29,539 nucleotides of DNA. Origin: Macrostomum lignano. Its lineage: Eukaryota. How positions within the stretch are numbered: the first letter of the stretch is position 1; the number at the start of each line of letters is the position of its first letter. The position numbers were made by a program, and so were the translations under genes. Below, in pieces: positions 10,388-19,205 of this stretch. The DNA is taken from assembly GCA_002269645.1 (NCBI GenBank), contig NIVC01001314.1, positions 1 through 29,539 of the forward strand, written 5' to 3'. Below the pieces are notes generated by a model. It was not told the DNA's origin, ran no database searches, and saw only the letters and a program-made list of their open reading frames with translations.

Positions 10388-10906
10388 CTAATTAAATTTC
10401 ATTTTTCTTAAGCAAATCTCAAACCTTTGCAGAATTCTTTCATTCAAGTGGCTCTGCTGATTTGCATGGAGGTGCCGCAAAACCGACTCAAACGAGCGCT
10501 TGAAACGAAACTTTTGATAGGCAAACAAGAGACAGAACAAACCGCATTTAGCAGAGTCACAGCTCTGAATTCGATTCACATTGCTACGTAAGTAGAATGG
10601 AGAATACCAAAAGGATTTCAGTGCTCTGTGAATGATCTCTAAAGTGCTGGAGTCCCAGCCCAGAGAGTTAAAGAGTTCTATGGAATTCTCCTTATCAGCA
10701 TAACAAACCACCCAGTGACCGAAGGATGAGCTGTACTGAAGCAGAAAGAAAATAAACTTACATCGAGATAAATTTCTTTTGAGAGTTGCTCGCTGAATAA
10801 AGTTTAAAGCATAAGATGTTTTATTTATTGAATTCAAGACAATAATTAAACAGTTATTTTGTGGCAAAAAGCTTTTAGCCAGTTTAAGCAGTTGAAAAGC
10901 ATCCAT
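10388..10906 (-). CDS. Adenain-like cysteine protease (capsid maturation)
   Basis: GHWVV (His), ELFNSLG (Asn where Asp/Glu is usual), RIQSCDSAKCGLFCLLF (oxyanion Gln and catalytic Cys); intact 172-aa ORF. Confidence 0.88.
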   Translation of the reverse strand: MDAFQLLKLAKSFLPQNNCLIIVLNSINKTSYALNFIQRATLKRNLSRCKFIFFLLQYSSSFGHWVVCYADKENSIELFNSLGWDSSTLEIIHRALKSFWYSPFYLRSNVNRIQSCDSAKCGLFCLLFAYQKFRFKRSFESVLRHLHANQQSHLNERILQRFEICLRKMKFN

Positions 10907-10929
10907 ATTAGCGTTGCGCCAGCGTACTC

Positions 10930-12214
10930 CTAGGATGGAAAATCTAGCAGAATCTCCCTGTGCTTGGTGACCTCAATCAGTGAGTCATACAGGCACATAA
11001 CAATCAGAGATACAGGCTCCTCCAGGGCCTGTCGGAAGCGAATCTCCAGCCGCAAATTGCCCTCCTTCTGTCCGTACCACAGGGCCGCTCCCTCAGGCGT
11101 GAGATCGAATGCGAAAGCTGTGTTGCCGTTGGAGAACAACTGGTAGGGGACCCACGGAACCGAGTTGCTAGGGCTGGCTGACTGACAGCTTTTCAGGTAG
11201 TGCAAGTACTCTCTCACGAATGAATTATTCTCAGGTGCAAATGCAGCGTGGCACATGGCTTCACCACCTTTCTTTAGTGCTAGCTGGCTGAGGTTGAAGC
11301 TCTGGAACTCGAAAGGGCTGGAATGGTGATGGCCATTGAAGGCTCGGTGGTTCACGAAGACCAGCATAACGAACTTCGGCAGTTTGCCATGGGTGAATCC
11401 TTCAATGTTTTTTGACTGAATTCCCTGGGGTAGAATAAAGTTTTGCATTTCGGTTCGCTCGATGGGGTAGAGTGCGTTCTGATTGGTCAGTCCCTGCTCA
11501 TGCGCCAGGCTGATGTGAGGCGCCACTTTGACTCGGCGCAGGTTCAGAATGCAGTGGGAGATTTCCATTCGGTAGGCTGTGTTGTTATCATCTGGGGTTC
11601 GAATGGCGAATGCAGCATCACTGGGCATCAGCTTGATGTGCAGGTGTAAATTGTTCAGCAGCAGAACAGGACACTGGAAGATGTCGCTGAGCAGCGGTCC
11701 CGCATACTCCACCCAGCGGGACTCCCGGGTGTCTCTCGGCATGCCCCTCAGCAGCAGTTTCGGGTTCCAGGAAGCCGGCGGGGTAGAACTTCAACTGCTG
11801 AGCATCGGATGAGCTCATGAGAGCTTTTAGGTAGGCATGGTAGGGGTAGAGTTGGTCTCCACCTGATACAATGCGCTGGTTGATGCTCACGATTACATCT
11901 GAGAATGCCGTAGACAGGACAAAGTTTTCTGGGTGCACCCCACTGTCTCTGCGCTCAGTGACAACTCCATCGGCATTTCGAACCTCCTCCCTCATCAAAG
12001 CCCCGCCAAGCCGGACTAGGCGACAGCGAATATACAGGAATGAGCTCAGCAGATCAGTGTACTCATCAGCCGATGGATGACAGTCGAATTCAATAGGTGA
12101 GTTAGTAGCAATAGAGTTCACGGGGTGAATATCAACATATGTGGATTTTTCAATGGCAGTCTGCAGCATGGGGGACTTGAACAAATCGAGTCTCGGGTTG
12201 AATCCGTAAGCCAT
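10930..12214 (-). CDS. Double jelly-roll major capsid protein (1 frameshift)
   Basis: LDLFKSPMLQTAIEKSTYVDIHP...PIEF...EYTDL..SFLYIRCRL; YPYHAYLKAL; SDIFQ..VLLLNN; GKLPKFVMLVFV..RAFNG....PFEFQ.FNL; AFDLTP...EGNLRLEIRF. Frames join near 11735 (net +2 in a GA repeat). Confidence 0.9.
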
Positions 12215-12216
12215 TG

Positions 12217-12627
12217 CTATGAGAGCGAGTCCAGAACACGTTTCACAGTCTTTTTGCTCACTTTTTGCTTTCCTTTGCCTGTTTTCTTGCTTTGAGTTTT
12301 AGACCTCCCTTTCTTAGGTTTATTTCGCCCTGACTGGCTTCTTTTCGGTGATTTCTCCGTCTTACTCTTTTTCTTCTTTTTTGTCTGCTTCTTACTGCCC
12401 TGTTTGACTAGTCGCTGCTTTGGTCTGTTTCTATTGCTTCTGCTGTTGCTGCTGCTACCGCTGGCGGTGGTATGGGCTGGCTTTGATAGCGATATTGACT
12501 TTGTGGAAGCTTCTGGAGGAGGCTGGTAAGTCATGATTCCTGGAAAACTCCCACAGCCATAGAGCGCCGGCTTTTGGCTTCCTGCCAGAGTCCCTGAATA
12601 CTGACGAATCAGCTGTTGGTAGTTCAT
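12217..12627 (-). CDS. Lys/Ser-rich basic protein, putative DNA-condensing core protein
   Basis: Intact 136-aa ORF between the capsid genes; LYGCG motif; C-terminal half strongly Lys-rich. Confidence 0.6.
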   Translation of the reverse strand: MNYQQLIRQYSGTLAGSQKPALYGCGSFPGIMTYQPPPEASTKSISLSKPAHTTASGSSSNSRSNRNRPKQRLVKQGSKKQTKKKKKSKTEKSPKRSQSGRNKPKKGRSKTQSKKTGKGKQKVSKKTVKRVLDSLS

Positions 12628-13433
12628 TGTATTAGCCTTTCCCGAATATGAACTGTGAGCAGAACAGGGCTGCTGCTCCGAGCAGTCAGTGAGTAGCCAA
12701 AGATGTCACGCAGTTGAAATCTAATGCCATGTAGAAAATTAGCTTTCTGAATCGGGAAGAAAATTGCTTTCTTAAACACTTTGCTCATGTAGCTGCCCCA
12801 TTCGACATCGGATGACATGCTCACAGTTCGCAGCACGGAGTTCCAGTTACAGTTTGTTCGCTCCACAATGCTGCAGTGCAAGTTGATCAGGTTGGTGGGC
12901 GGACAACCGATGCAGCAGAGTGACACTTGCCGTCCGGGTGGGATCTTCACAGGCTGGTTTCCGAATCCCAGCCACTGCAGAATTTTACTTGATGGAAGGA
13001 ACAATTCTGCTCGAGCCGTGTTGTTGAGCACTACTGTTCTCAACTCTTGGATTTCAAACTTTATGCCAATATCTCTAGCGCTGCTCCGCCCCATTAAACC
13101 GGACTCATCAGCTTCCATTTCAGACTCCCTTTCGCTCATTGCATCGAAGAACAGTGACTCAGAGTTGGCCAGCAGCTCATTCATGCGCTCAACCAGTTCC
13201 TCCACTCTAGCAAAGCGTCCGGGTTGAAGAACCAGGGCCTCATGCTCTCTTCCATCTGAGACAGTGAAGCAGTAAGGCTCGTCAACATTGAACCATGCAG
13301 CAGGCAGATGGATTTCAGCCAGACCTGCCTCATAGTCCACATTTCGATCCAAGTAAATAGGTGAAGGCAGGTGAAAATGAAAGTCACTAGGAGTACCTTC
13401 AGCATTTTCGCTACAAATGATGATGCTTCTCAT
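12624..13433 (-). CDS. Minor capsid (penton-like, single jelly-roll) protein
   Basis: SDFHFHLPSPIYLD..YEAGLAEIHLPAAWFNV and C-terminal LINLHCSIVE...VLRTV...IRFQLRDIFG...VLLTVHIR match the Maverick minor-capsid pattern; ATG at 13433. Confidence 0.85.
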   Translation of the reverse strand: MRSIIICSENAEGTPSDFHFHLPSPIYLDRNVDYEAGLAEIHLPAAWFNVDEPYCFTVSDGREHEALVLQPGRFARVEELVERMNELLANSESLFFDAMSERESEMEADESGLMGRSSARDIGIKFEIQELRTVVLNNTARAELFLPSSKILQWLGFGNQPVKIPPGRQVSLCCIGCPPTNLINLHCSIVERTNCNWNSVLRTVSMSSDVEWGSYMSKVFKKAIFFPIQKANFLHGIRFQLRDIFGYSLTARSSSPVLLTVHIRERLIQ

Positions 13434-13463
13434 AGTTGGGAATGGCTGCACAATGTCGGTATC

Positions 13464-14531
13464 TTACACTTTTCTTAAGTCCTTCTCATCCACCCAGTCA
13501 GTGGACTTGTAGCCGGCCCACTTGACGAGATATCGGATCTTACCCTTCCGCTTCTCAGTCTTCAGAACCTTCTCGATTACATACAGCCGCTGCGAGTCCG
13601 GAACAGCTTGCAGCTCATGCTCGTGGAAGAGGCCTCTTATGTCTTCCCCCTTCATGTCTCGAATCCTGTACATGTAGGGATAATGCTTTGGTGCCCTAGA
13701 CACTATGGTGTACACCTCTTCGCTCCAGTTCGCCTTGTATCCCTTCCTGAAGAGTCTGGGTGCATTGGAAATCCGCACTGATTGGTTTTCACAGAACTTC
13801 GGTTTTCTCAGTTTCTCAACTGTCTCAATCGCTTTCCCATCATAAAGGTTCATCCACACTTCAGTCTCGTTTGCTTTGCTGACATTCATTGGTGTAGTCT
13901 TGATGCTTCTGTGGAAAGTATTGTTATAGGACTTGACCAGTTTAGGCAGCACATCAAGCCATTGTAGAGTGCTGTTGTGAGTAAAGTAACGCCACATCTT
14001 GCTTTTTAAAGTTCGATTCCATCTTTCAATTATGGCTGCTTTGTGCACACTGCTAGTTGGAAACGCCAGAATCCCCCGGTCTATGCAGAACTGGCGAAAA
14101 ATTGCGTTGACAAACTCCTTTCCCTGATCTGTGCGGACAGTGCGCGGCTGCCGCTTTGAGCTCTTCAGCATGCTCTCAAACGCAGATTTCACTTCTGCCG
14201 CGCTCTTAGACTTCAGTGCTCTGGCCATTGCAAATTTAGACAAAACATCAATGCAGGTGAGAATGTATTTATGCCCGCGATTATACTTTGCAAATGGAAT
14301 CATTTCCACCAGATCCATCTCCCACTGATCATCAATGGCCCTCACTATTATTGGCGCCCTTGGAAATCGTACTCTAGCTGGCTTATGCAGAGTGTGTACT
14401 GGCTGCTGACTTAGCCACTGCTCAATGCTCTTGACTCCAATATGCTCGCCTCTTTTTCGCAGTTCACGTTGCAGTTTTGAAGAACTGCAATAGCTCGCAG
14501 GCTGATTTGGGTTGAAATAAATTTTTTCCAT
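13464..14531 (-). CDS. int: Retroviral-like (rve) DDE integrase with C-terminal chromodomain
   Basis: Intact ORF; WEMDLVEM (D), RTDQGKEF (D), IERWNRTLK (E); chromodomain YVIEKVL...YLVKWAGY..TDWVDEKDL; ATG at 14531. Confidence 0.95.
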   Translation of the reverse strand: MEKIYFNPNQPASYCSSSKLQRELRKRGEHIGVKSIEQWLSQQPVHTLHKPARVRFPRAPIIVRAIDDQWEMDLVEMIPFAKYNRGHKYILTCIDVLSKFAMARALKSKSAAEVKSAFESMLKSSKRQPRTVRTDQGKEFVNAIFRQFCIDRGILAFPTSSVHKAAIIERWNRTLKSKMWRYFTHNSTLQWLDVLPKLVKSYNNTFHRSIKTTPMNVSKANETEVWMNLYDGKAIETVEKLRKPKFCENQSVRISNAPRLFRKGYKANWSEEVYTIVSRAPKHYPYMYRIRDMKGEDIRGLFHEHELQAVPDSQRLYVIEKVLKTEKRKGKIRYLVKWAGYKSTDWVDEKDLRKV

Positions 14532-14700
14532 TTTCAGAAACAAAGAAACACATTTTTATTTTTAGGTTTTCTTAAGACATTGAAAATGCATAGCGCATGT
14601 GAAAGCAAGCATATATTTTTTTTCAAACAAAGAGATGGAAAGCAGGTCTGGATAAATAGCTCGTAGCACAGAGTTTGTCTCAATGTCAGAGGGTCTGCAA

Positions 14701-15465
14701 TCAGTCGAAGCACGGCCTGGGCAGCTTCATGGCATCCAATCTGCGCAGAGCGAACGGCGGCTGCTTGCGTTTCCTGGCGTTCTCAGCGGCGGCTGCTTGA
14801 GCTCGGAACTGGTACCAGACTGGGTCCTCTTGCAGATCAGTGTCCTGCCGAGGAATCGCTCCAGCTGCAGGCTTGGTCAGTTGCAGAGGCGTTGAAGTGG
14901 CAAACGCTGTGTCGATTTGCAGATTGGATGGCATGCCAGCCTCGCCAGCAGCAGCAGCAGCATCGTCCTCCGCCTTCACTACCGGCTTGGTCTCTTCCGC
15001 GTTTTCGCCAGCACCGTCTTCATTTTCGATGCTGTCGGAGGAAGATCCCGACTCCAGCTCGTATGCATCGGAAATCTCACGTGGAGCCGATAGCTGCTCG
15101 TCGATCCAATCCGCGTACTGCCACAGCTTTCGCCACAGCGGCGGTGTCAGCGGCACGGTGTTCCGCTTAAGAAACTCGTCGCAGCAGTCCTCCGGCAATC
15201 GCTTTAACCAGATAATGCCGTTTTTCACTTCGATGAACTTATCGAAGCCGAGTTTGACAACCTTTGGCTGTTTGTCCAAGGCCGCCTTGACAAGCGATCG
15301 CTTCAACTCCTTGAGCTTCTCCCACTGACGGATGTTCAAATTGAAGCCGGGGACTCCAGGTTTCAAACTCGCAGTGCTGCCATGTCGGTAAAATTTTCTG
15401 ATAGCAATGAACATAACTCCTTCATACTCCTGTATTTGGAGTTTATATCCTTCGCCGATGTCCAT
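14701..15465 (-). CDS. Tandem PC4/Sub1 (p15)-like ssDNA-binding/coactivator protein
   Basis: IGEGYKLQIQEYEGVMFIAIRKFY...LKPGVPGFNLNIRQWEKLKE matches PC4 (IG..[20 protein letters not shown]...MKPGRKGISL..EQW..LKE); weaker second copy LGFDKFIEVKNGIIWLKR...VPLTPPLWRKL..YADWIDEQL; acidic tail and RKRK basic patch. Confidence 0.78.
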   Translation of the reverse strand: MDIGEGYKLQIQEYEGVMFIAIRKFYRHGSTASLKPGVPGFNLNIRQWEKLKELKRSLVKAALDKQPKVVKLGFDKFIEVKNGIIWLKRLPEDCCDEFLKRNTVPLTPPLWRKLWQYADWIDEQLSAPREISDAYELESGSSSDSIENEDGAGENAEETKPVVKAEDDAAAAAGEAGMPSNLQIDTAFATSTPLQLTKPAAGAIPRQDTDLQEDPVWYQFRAQAAAAENARKRKQPPFALRRLDAMKLPRPCFD

Positions 15466-15543
15466 GACTTAAACTCTAACAGAAAAAAAAATCTCGTTGA
15501 AAAAAAATTCGATTTTTTATGAATCAAAGAGATTTTTTTGGTC

Positions 15544-15551
15544 CTTATATA
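15544..15551 (-). promoter_or_regulatory. TATA box (TATATAAG) heading the leftward gene block
   Basis: Consensus TATA about 80 nt upstream of the PC4-like ATG and just inside the terminal repeats. Confidence 0.5.
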
Positions 15552-15587
15552 GACTAAACCACTGCAGCAGACATACAGCAATAGAAA

Positions 15588-15749
15588 AACATAGGCCTAT
15601 GTTCTCTCACTAAGGCCCCATGGAATTTCCATGGCTTTCCCTGCGGCAGAGTCCACCAATGCATTTACATAGGCGCTATGTTTACACACATAGGCCCCTG
15701 GTTTTCCCACGGAAATTCCTGCGGCAGAGTCCACATTTCCCCTACTACT
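15588..15749. repeat. Candidate right terminal repeat region (two about 78-bp imperfect copies plus ACTACT end)
   Basis: cataggc(g)ctatgtt...ggcccc...cctgcggcagagtccac at 15590-15656 and 15668-15734; ACTACT at 15744-15749 is the reverse complement of the AGTAGT Maverick terminus. Confidence 0.65.
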
Positions 15750-17065
15750 CACAAGCGACATTACATGTACTGTATTTAAATCGAAACAGAGAACAGATAA
15801 GTTCGAAAAAATTTTGAATCAACGCCAAAGTTATTTTCTGGAACTCTCCCCCACCCTACTTAACTTTTCACTGGAACTAATTAATGCTACTCACAGTCAA
15901 TAAAGTTACCTGTAAGCGCTATAAAGTTAGTCAATTTTAATTGGATCACGGGTTATATTGATGGCAGGAGCAGATTCTCTTTCAGCCAGCCACCCTCAGC
16001 CAATAAAAAGCTGCGTTGGGAAGCGAGCGGTTCTTTAATTTTTGGGTTCAGATTAGCGATCCCAATTCTTCTAATTCTTCATGTTCACGCGTCCAATCAG
16101 TGTGTGCTAATTGGGGGTTGTAAGCACCCAGCCCAAGGCAGCCTCTCCGCCCTGCGCCCTGCATCCACGGCTGGGCTGTTAAGCCTGTGCTCACCTGCCC
16201 TGACCCTCCAACCAACTGAAATCACCAACTGGCTTATTATTCATTATCAGTTGACTGGCTGAATTGTGACACCGACATTGAAATTGCGTCACCTTAGAAC
16301 AAGATTCCTTGATTTGTGGCAGCGTGGCAGCAGAGTTCAAGACTGCATTGCAGCTTAGACTTGATTTGTGCATCATTTTGCGTGACCATATTGGTAATTT
16401 TATTGGGGACTGATACTGTCGGGAGGGCTGCGGTGATTCTCAGGCCCTCTGTTCTCAGACCGTCGCTTCAGTCGAGGGCTTTAATAGTAGCGCGCTTTAA
16501 TACGATAAACAGATGTATGCACAAATTGCCACACATAACCACTCGTGACTGTAGGTATTCATCGTGCATTTAGGGCTCATTTATAATGTGCCGGACTCAT
16601 GCAGTTAAGATGCGCGCTTGTGTCACTGAGACTAGTTTAAAAATGCGCGCTTATGTCATGCGCGCATAGTAATGCGTCCCATACTGACTGACTGAGCCAT
16701 TGATTATGTTTCCTCGCCTTTTCTACTCGCACCCTCTCTTTGAACTCCTTTGTGTCCGCATTTTTCCTTCTTGGGGCGGGTGCTTTAAGCAAAAAAATAG
16801 GGAAATTTTCTAAAGTATTCTAGTGAGTATCATCAGTTGTTGCAGCGTTCACTCGTGCCGTTAGGTCGGTCATGTACAGACCAAATGTGCATCACTGGGC
16901 ATTGTTGCAATTAAACGGGGATGCATGATGCAAGGGGGCCGTAGCCCAGCGCGGAGCTCTGATGTGCCAGCAGCCCAGGCTCGATTCCAGGTGACGTTGA
17001 CTTGGGGCTAGATTGGAATCTCGGCTGGGGTCTGCCACGGACTACTTAACTGTCGTTTATACTAC

Positions 17066-17277
17066 TTAAGTACGAGGTAGCCCATGGGGTCTGCTCGTGC
17101 AATCAACGCCACTGAGGGCCGACCACCAAGGCACAGAGAGTGTACATTGCCTGACGATTCCAAAGTCAGGGCCGCTGTGACTCCTGTGTGCCTGCGTGCA
17201 TTCTCCAGTAATGTCTCTCGCCGGCTTGTGTGAGAATGTCACTTAAAGTGCGCCAGGGTGCGCACAGTCCCCTGCCT
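17066..17277 (-). CDS. Candidate further exon of host gene (Cys-containing, possibly Sushi-like; disrupted)
   Basis: Acceptor tttcattag at 17278; frame AGDCAHPGAL*VTFSHKPARDITGECTQ...RQCTLSVPWWSALSGVDC has an in-frame TAA at 17243-17245 and its phase does not match the 18353 donor. Confidence 0.3.
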
Positions 17278-18352
17278 CTAATGAAATATAAATCCATGAT
17301 GCAAATTTGAATAAGTGTAGAGATCTCCAAAATACAGTATAAGCACACTACTAGAAGTAGTAAGATAAAAATGCGCAAAACCCAAAATTTTAAATGCCAT
17401 GCGGTCACACTCTATTTTTGTAATACCACGAAAACAGTGAATGACCATTCCGCTACATTTAATATTAGAACTCCCAATATGGTAAGTGATGCCGGAAAGC
17501 TATTGTATTCGCAAAAATTCTATTCAATTTTCAAAGGGTCAAATTCCTACAAATTTAACCCGTCACCTCATCGAAATGACCTTGTTTTCGCAAAAGTTGC
17601 CTATAAATACAAGCCAAAAATCCGAGCTGAAACCTCAGACTCGGAGCAGTCCAAAGAGACTTAAAACAGTTTCTCGAGACTCAGAGCGACCTGACGAGTC
17701 TCCGAGGGAAATTTATACCTATCGGTAAGCCTTTGACGTCGTCTTTGTTATTTGACTATCGAGAGCTGTGTTAGTACCGGCCGTTATCGTTTAGTTAATT
17801 TTCATTGAGCTTATTGAATTTGAGGCCTCCCTATTCCTAAAGGATTGAATAGGATCTGCGGACCGATTCCGATACTCTTAGAGGATTATCGATTGATTGA
17901 TTTTGGTACCCTAGAGTAACGGATAGGGGCACACGACTCTGATTCTGTTATTTCTAGAAGACGCCCCTTTCCGGAGGACCTTGTTGTTGTTAGAAGTTGA
18001 TTATTAGGGCGCATCTCTGATTTCGATCATTGATCACAATGAACACTTTAACGTCGACGGATTAAATTGTTACGACTATTAAAGTTGTTCTCGTATTCGG
18101 CCAACTTCAGAATCGACAAGGAGAACCCTCAGCGCGCGACTACAGCCCGAACTACGATTGAAGAGGAGCCCGCTAATAGTAAGTGAACACACTGAATTCT
18201 GTCCCCAGACTTACGGTCTGGAAGTGGGAGTTTGTGCCTTTAGACACAAGACTTAATTCTCTCTCTCTTCTCTCCTTCCCTCTCTCTAGTGTGCCAAAGC
18301 GAACTCCTCATAAGTTCGTACACGAGCGCATTAGAAACTATTAGAAACTTAC

Positions 18353-18845
18353 GAATAGATAGGCAGTGTCGCAAGATCAAGTCTCGAAGTGTCAAATGTG
18401 CCATTGGACGTCGCTATGATTCCATCGTGCTGGAAGCGCATGTAGTTTCTGTTCTTTTCCGTTGCATTAAAAAGAAGCCAGTCGATCTGTCCATCAGATT
18501 TGTAGAATGTCATGTTGATCAGGTCAGTCACTGTTCCCCTGTTGAGTCTTTGCCAAACACGGTTGACGTAATTCACATTGATGTCGGTTCTCGCTTGTAA
18601 GTAGGGCCTGTTCGGCAGACTTAGCGGCTGCCATGGCAACAGGATAAGCGGGCTGCTGCTGCCATAAAGTCGGTTGTCTCCTTTATCATTCGCTGAGCTG
18701 AGCTCGCTTTTAATAGTTGAGGTTCCTGAATTTTCTTTGTAGTGAGTATCTGAGTACAGGAACTTGTTCACCGAGTCAACATCTTTGTCTCCGGGAAAAA
18801 CGGGCATGTTATTCTCAATTCGGGCTGCCAGGTGCCAGGCTTTGA
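18353..18845 (-). CDS. Host gene exon: F5/8 type C (discoidin)-like domain
   Basis: tattttag acceptor, phase 1, in frame; RLYG...PWQP...PYLQ...YVNRVWQ...TFYKSDGQIDW; GTAAGT donor at 18352. Confidence 0.7.
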
Positions 18846-19205
18846 CTAAAATATGAAAATTCGCATGAAATTTTCCATTAAATTAGATTTCAGATTAAGA
18901 GGATGTACACTCAGAAGTCGAGCATAAACAGCTGAAAGTAAAAGGACTTTACACTCCGATTTTCCGAGAAATGAAGCCGGTAAGCAACAAAGATTTGCCG
19001 TATCGCTGATGCATTTCGCATGCTTTCGAGAACGGATTTTTTCTCAATTTTGTCTATGGCCAAACCCCAGTTCAGCGCTATGCGTTCTTCAGAGCATCCT
19101 GAATGCACTGGCGATGCGAAAACATGTGTTTCTAAGAAAATTGGGTGCAGCGTCCTTCTAATTCAGTTGTTCATGAAGTCGGATTTAGTGCTCAATAAAG
19201 CTCAC

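Larger units (their letters stand above)
1..15749. mobile_element. Maverick/Polinton-like endogenous dsDNA virus (left end not in window)
   Basis: Co-located pPolB, retroviral-like integrase, adenain-like protease, A32-like ATPase, major and minor capsid genes; candidate right terminus ...CCCCTACTACT at 15749. No reverse-complement of that terminus is in the window, so the left boundary is inferred to lie upstream of base 1. Membership of 1-3068 in the element is inferred, not shown. Confidence 0.93.

Noticed and set aside
8985-15328. Plus-strand ORFs antisense to the viral genes (e.g. 8985-9368, 12817-13227, 14840-15328)
   Set aside because: Shadow ORFs of GC-rich coding strands with no recognisable motifs.
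16191-16376. GPS/GAIN motif in SCSKVTQFQCRCHNS
   Set aside because: Lacks the conserved W and the HLT/S-F autoproteolysis motif.
17601-17614. 14-bp match ctataaatacaagc shared with 2005-2018
   Set aside because: A few 14-mer matches are expected by chance in 30 kb, more so for AT-rich TATA-containing words.
18270-18292. Helitron 3' end (CTAG|T)
   Set aside because: No GC-rich subterminal hairpin; better explained as a polypyrimidine tract plus AG.
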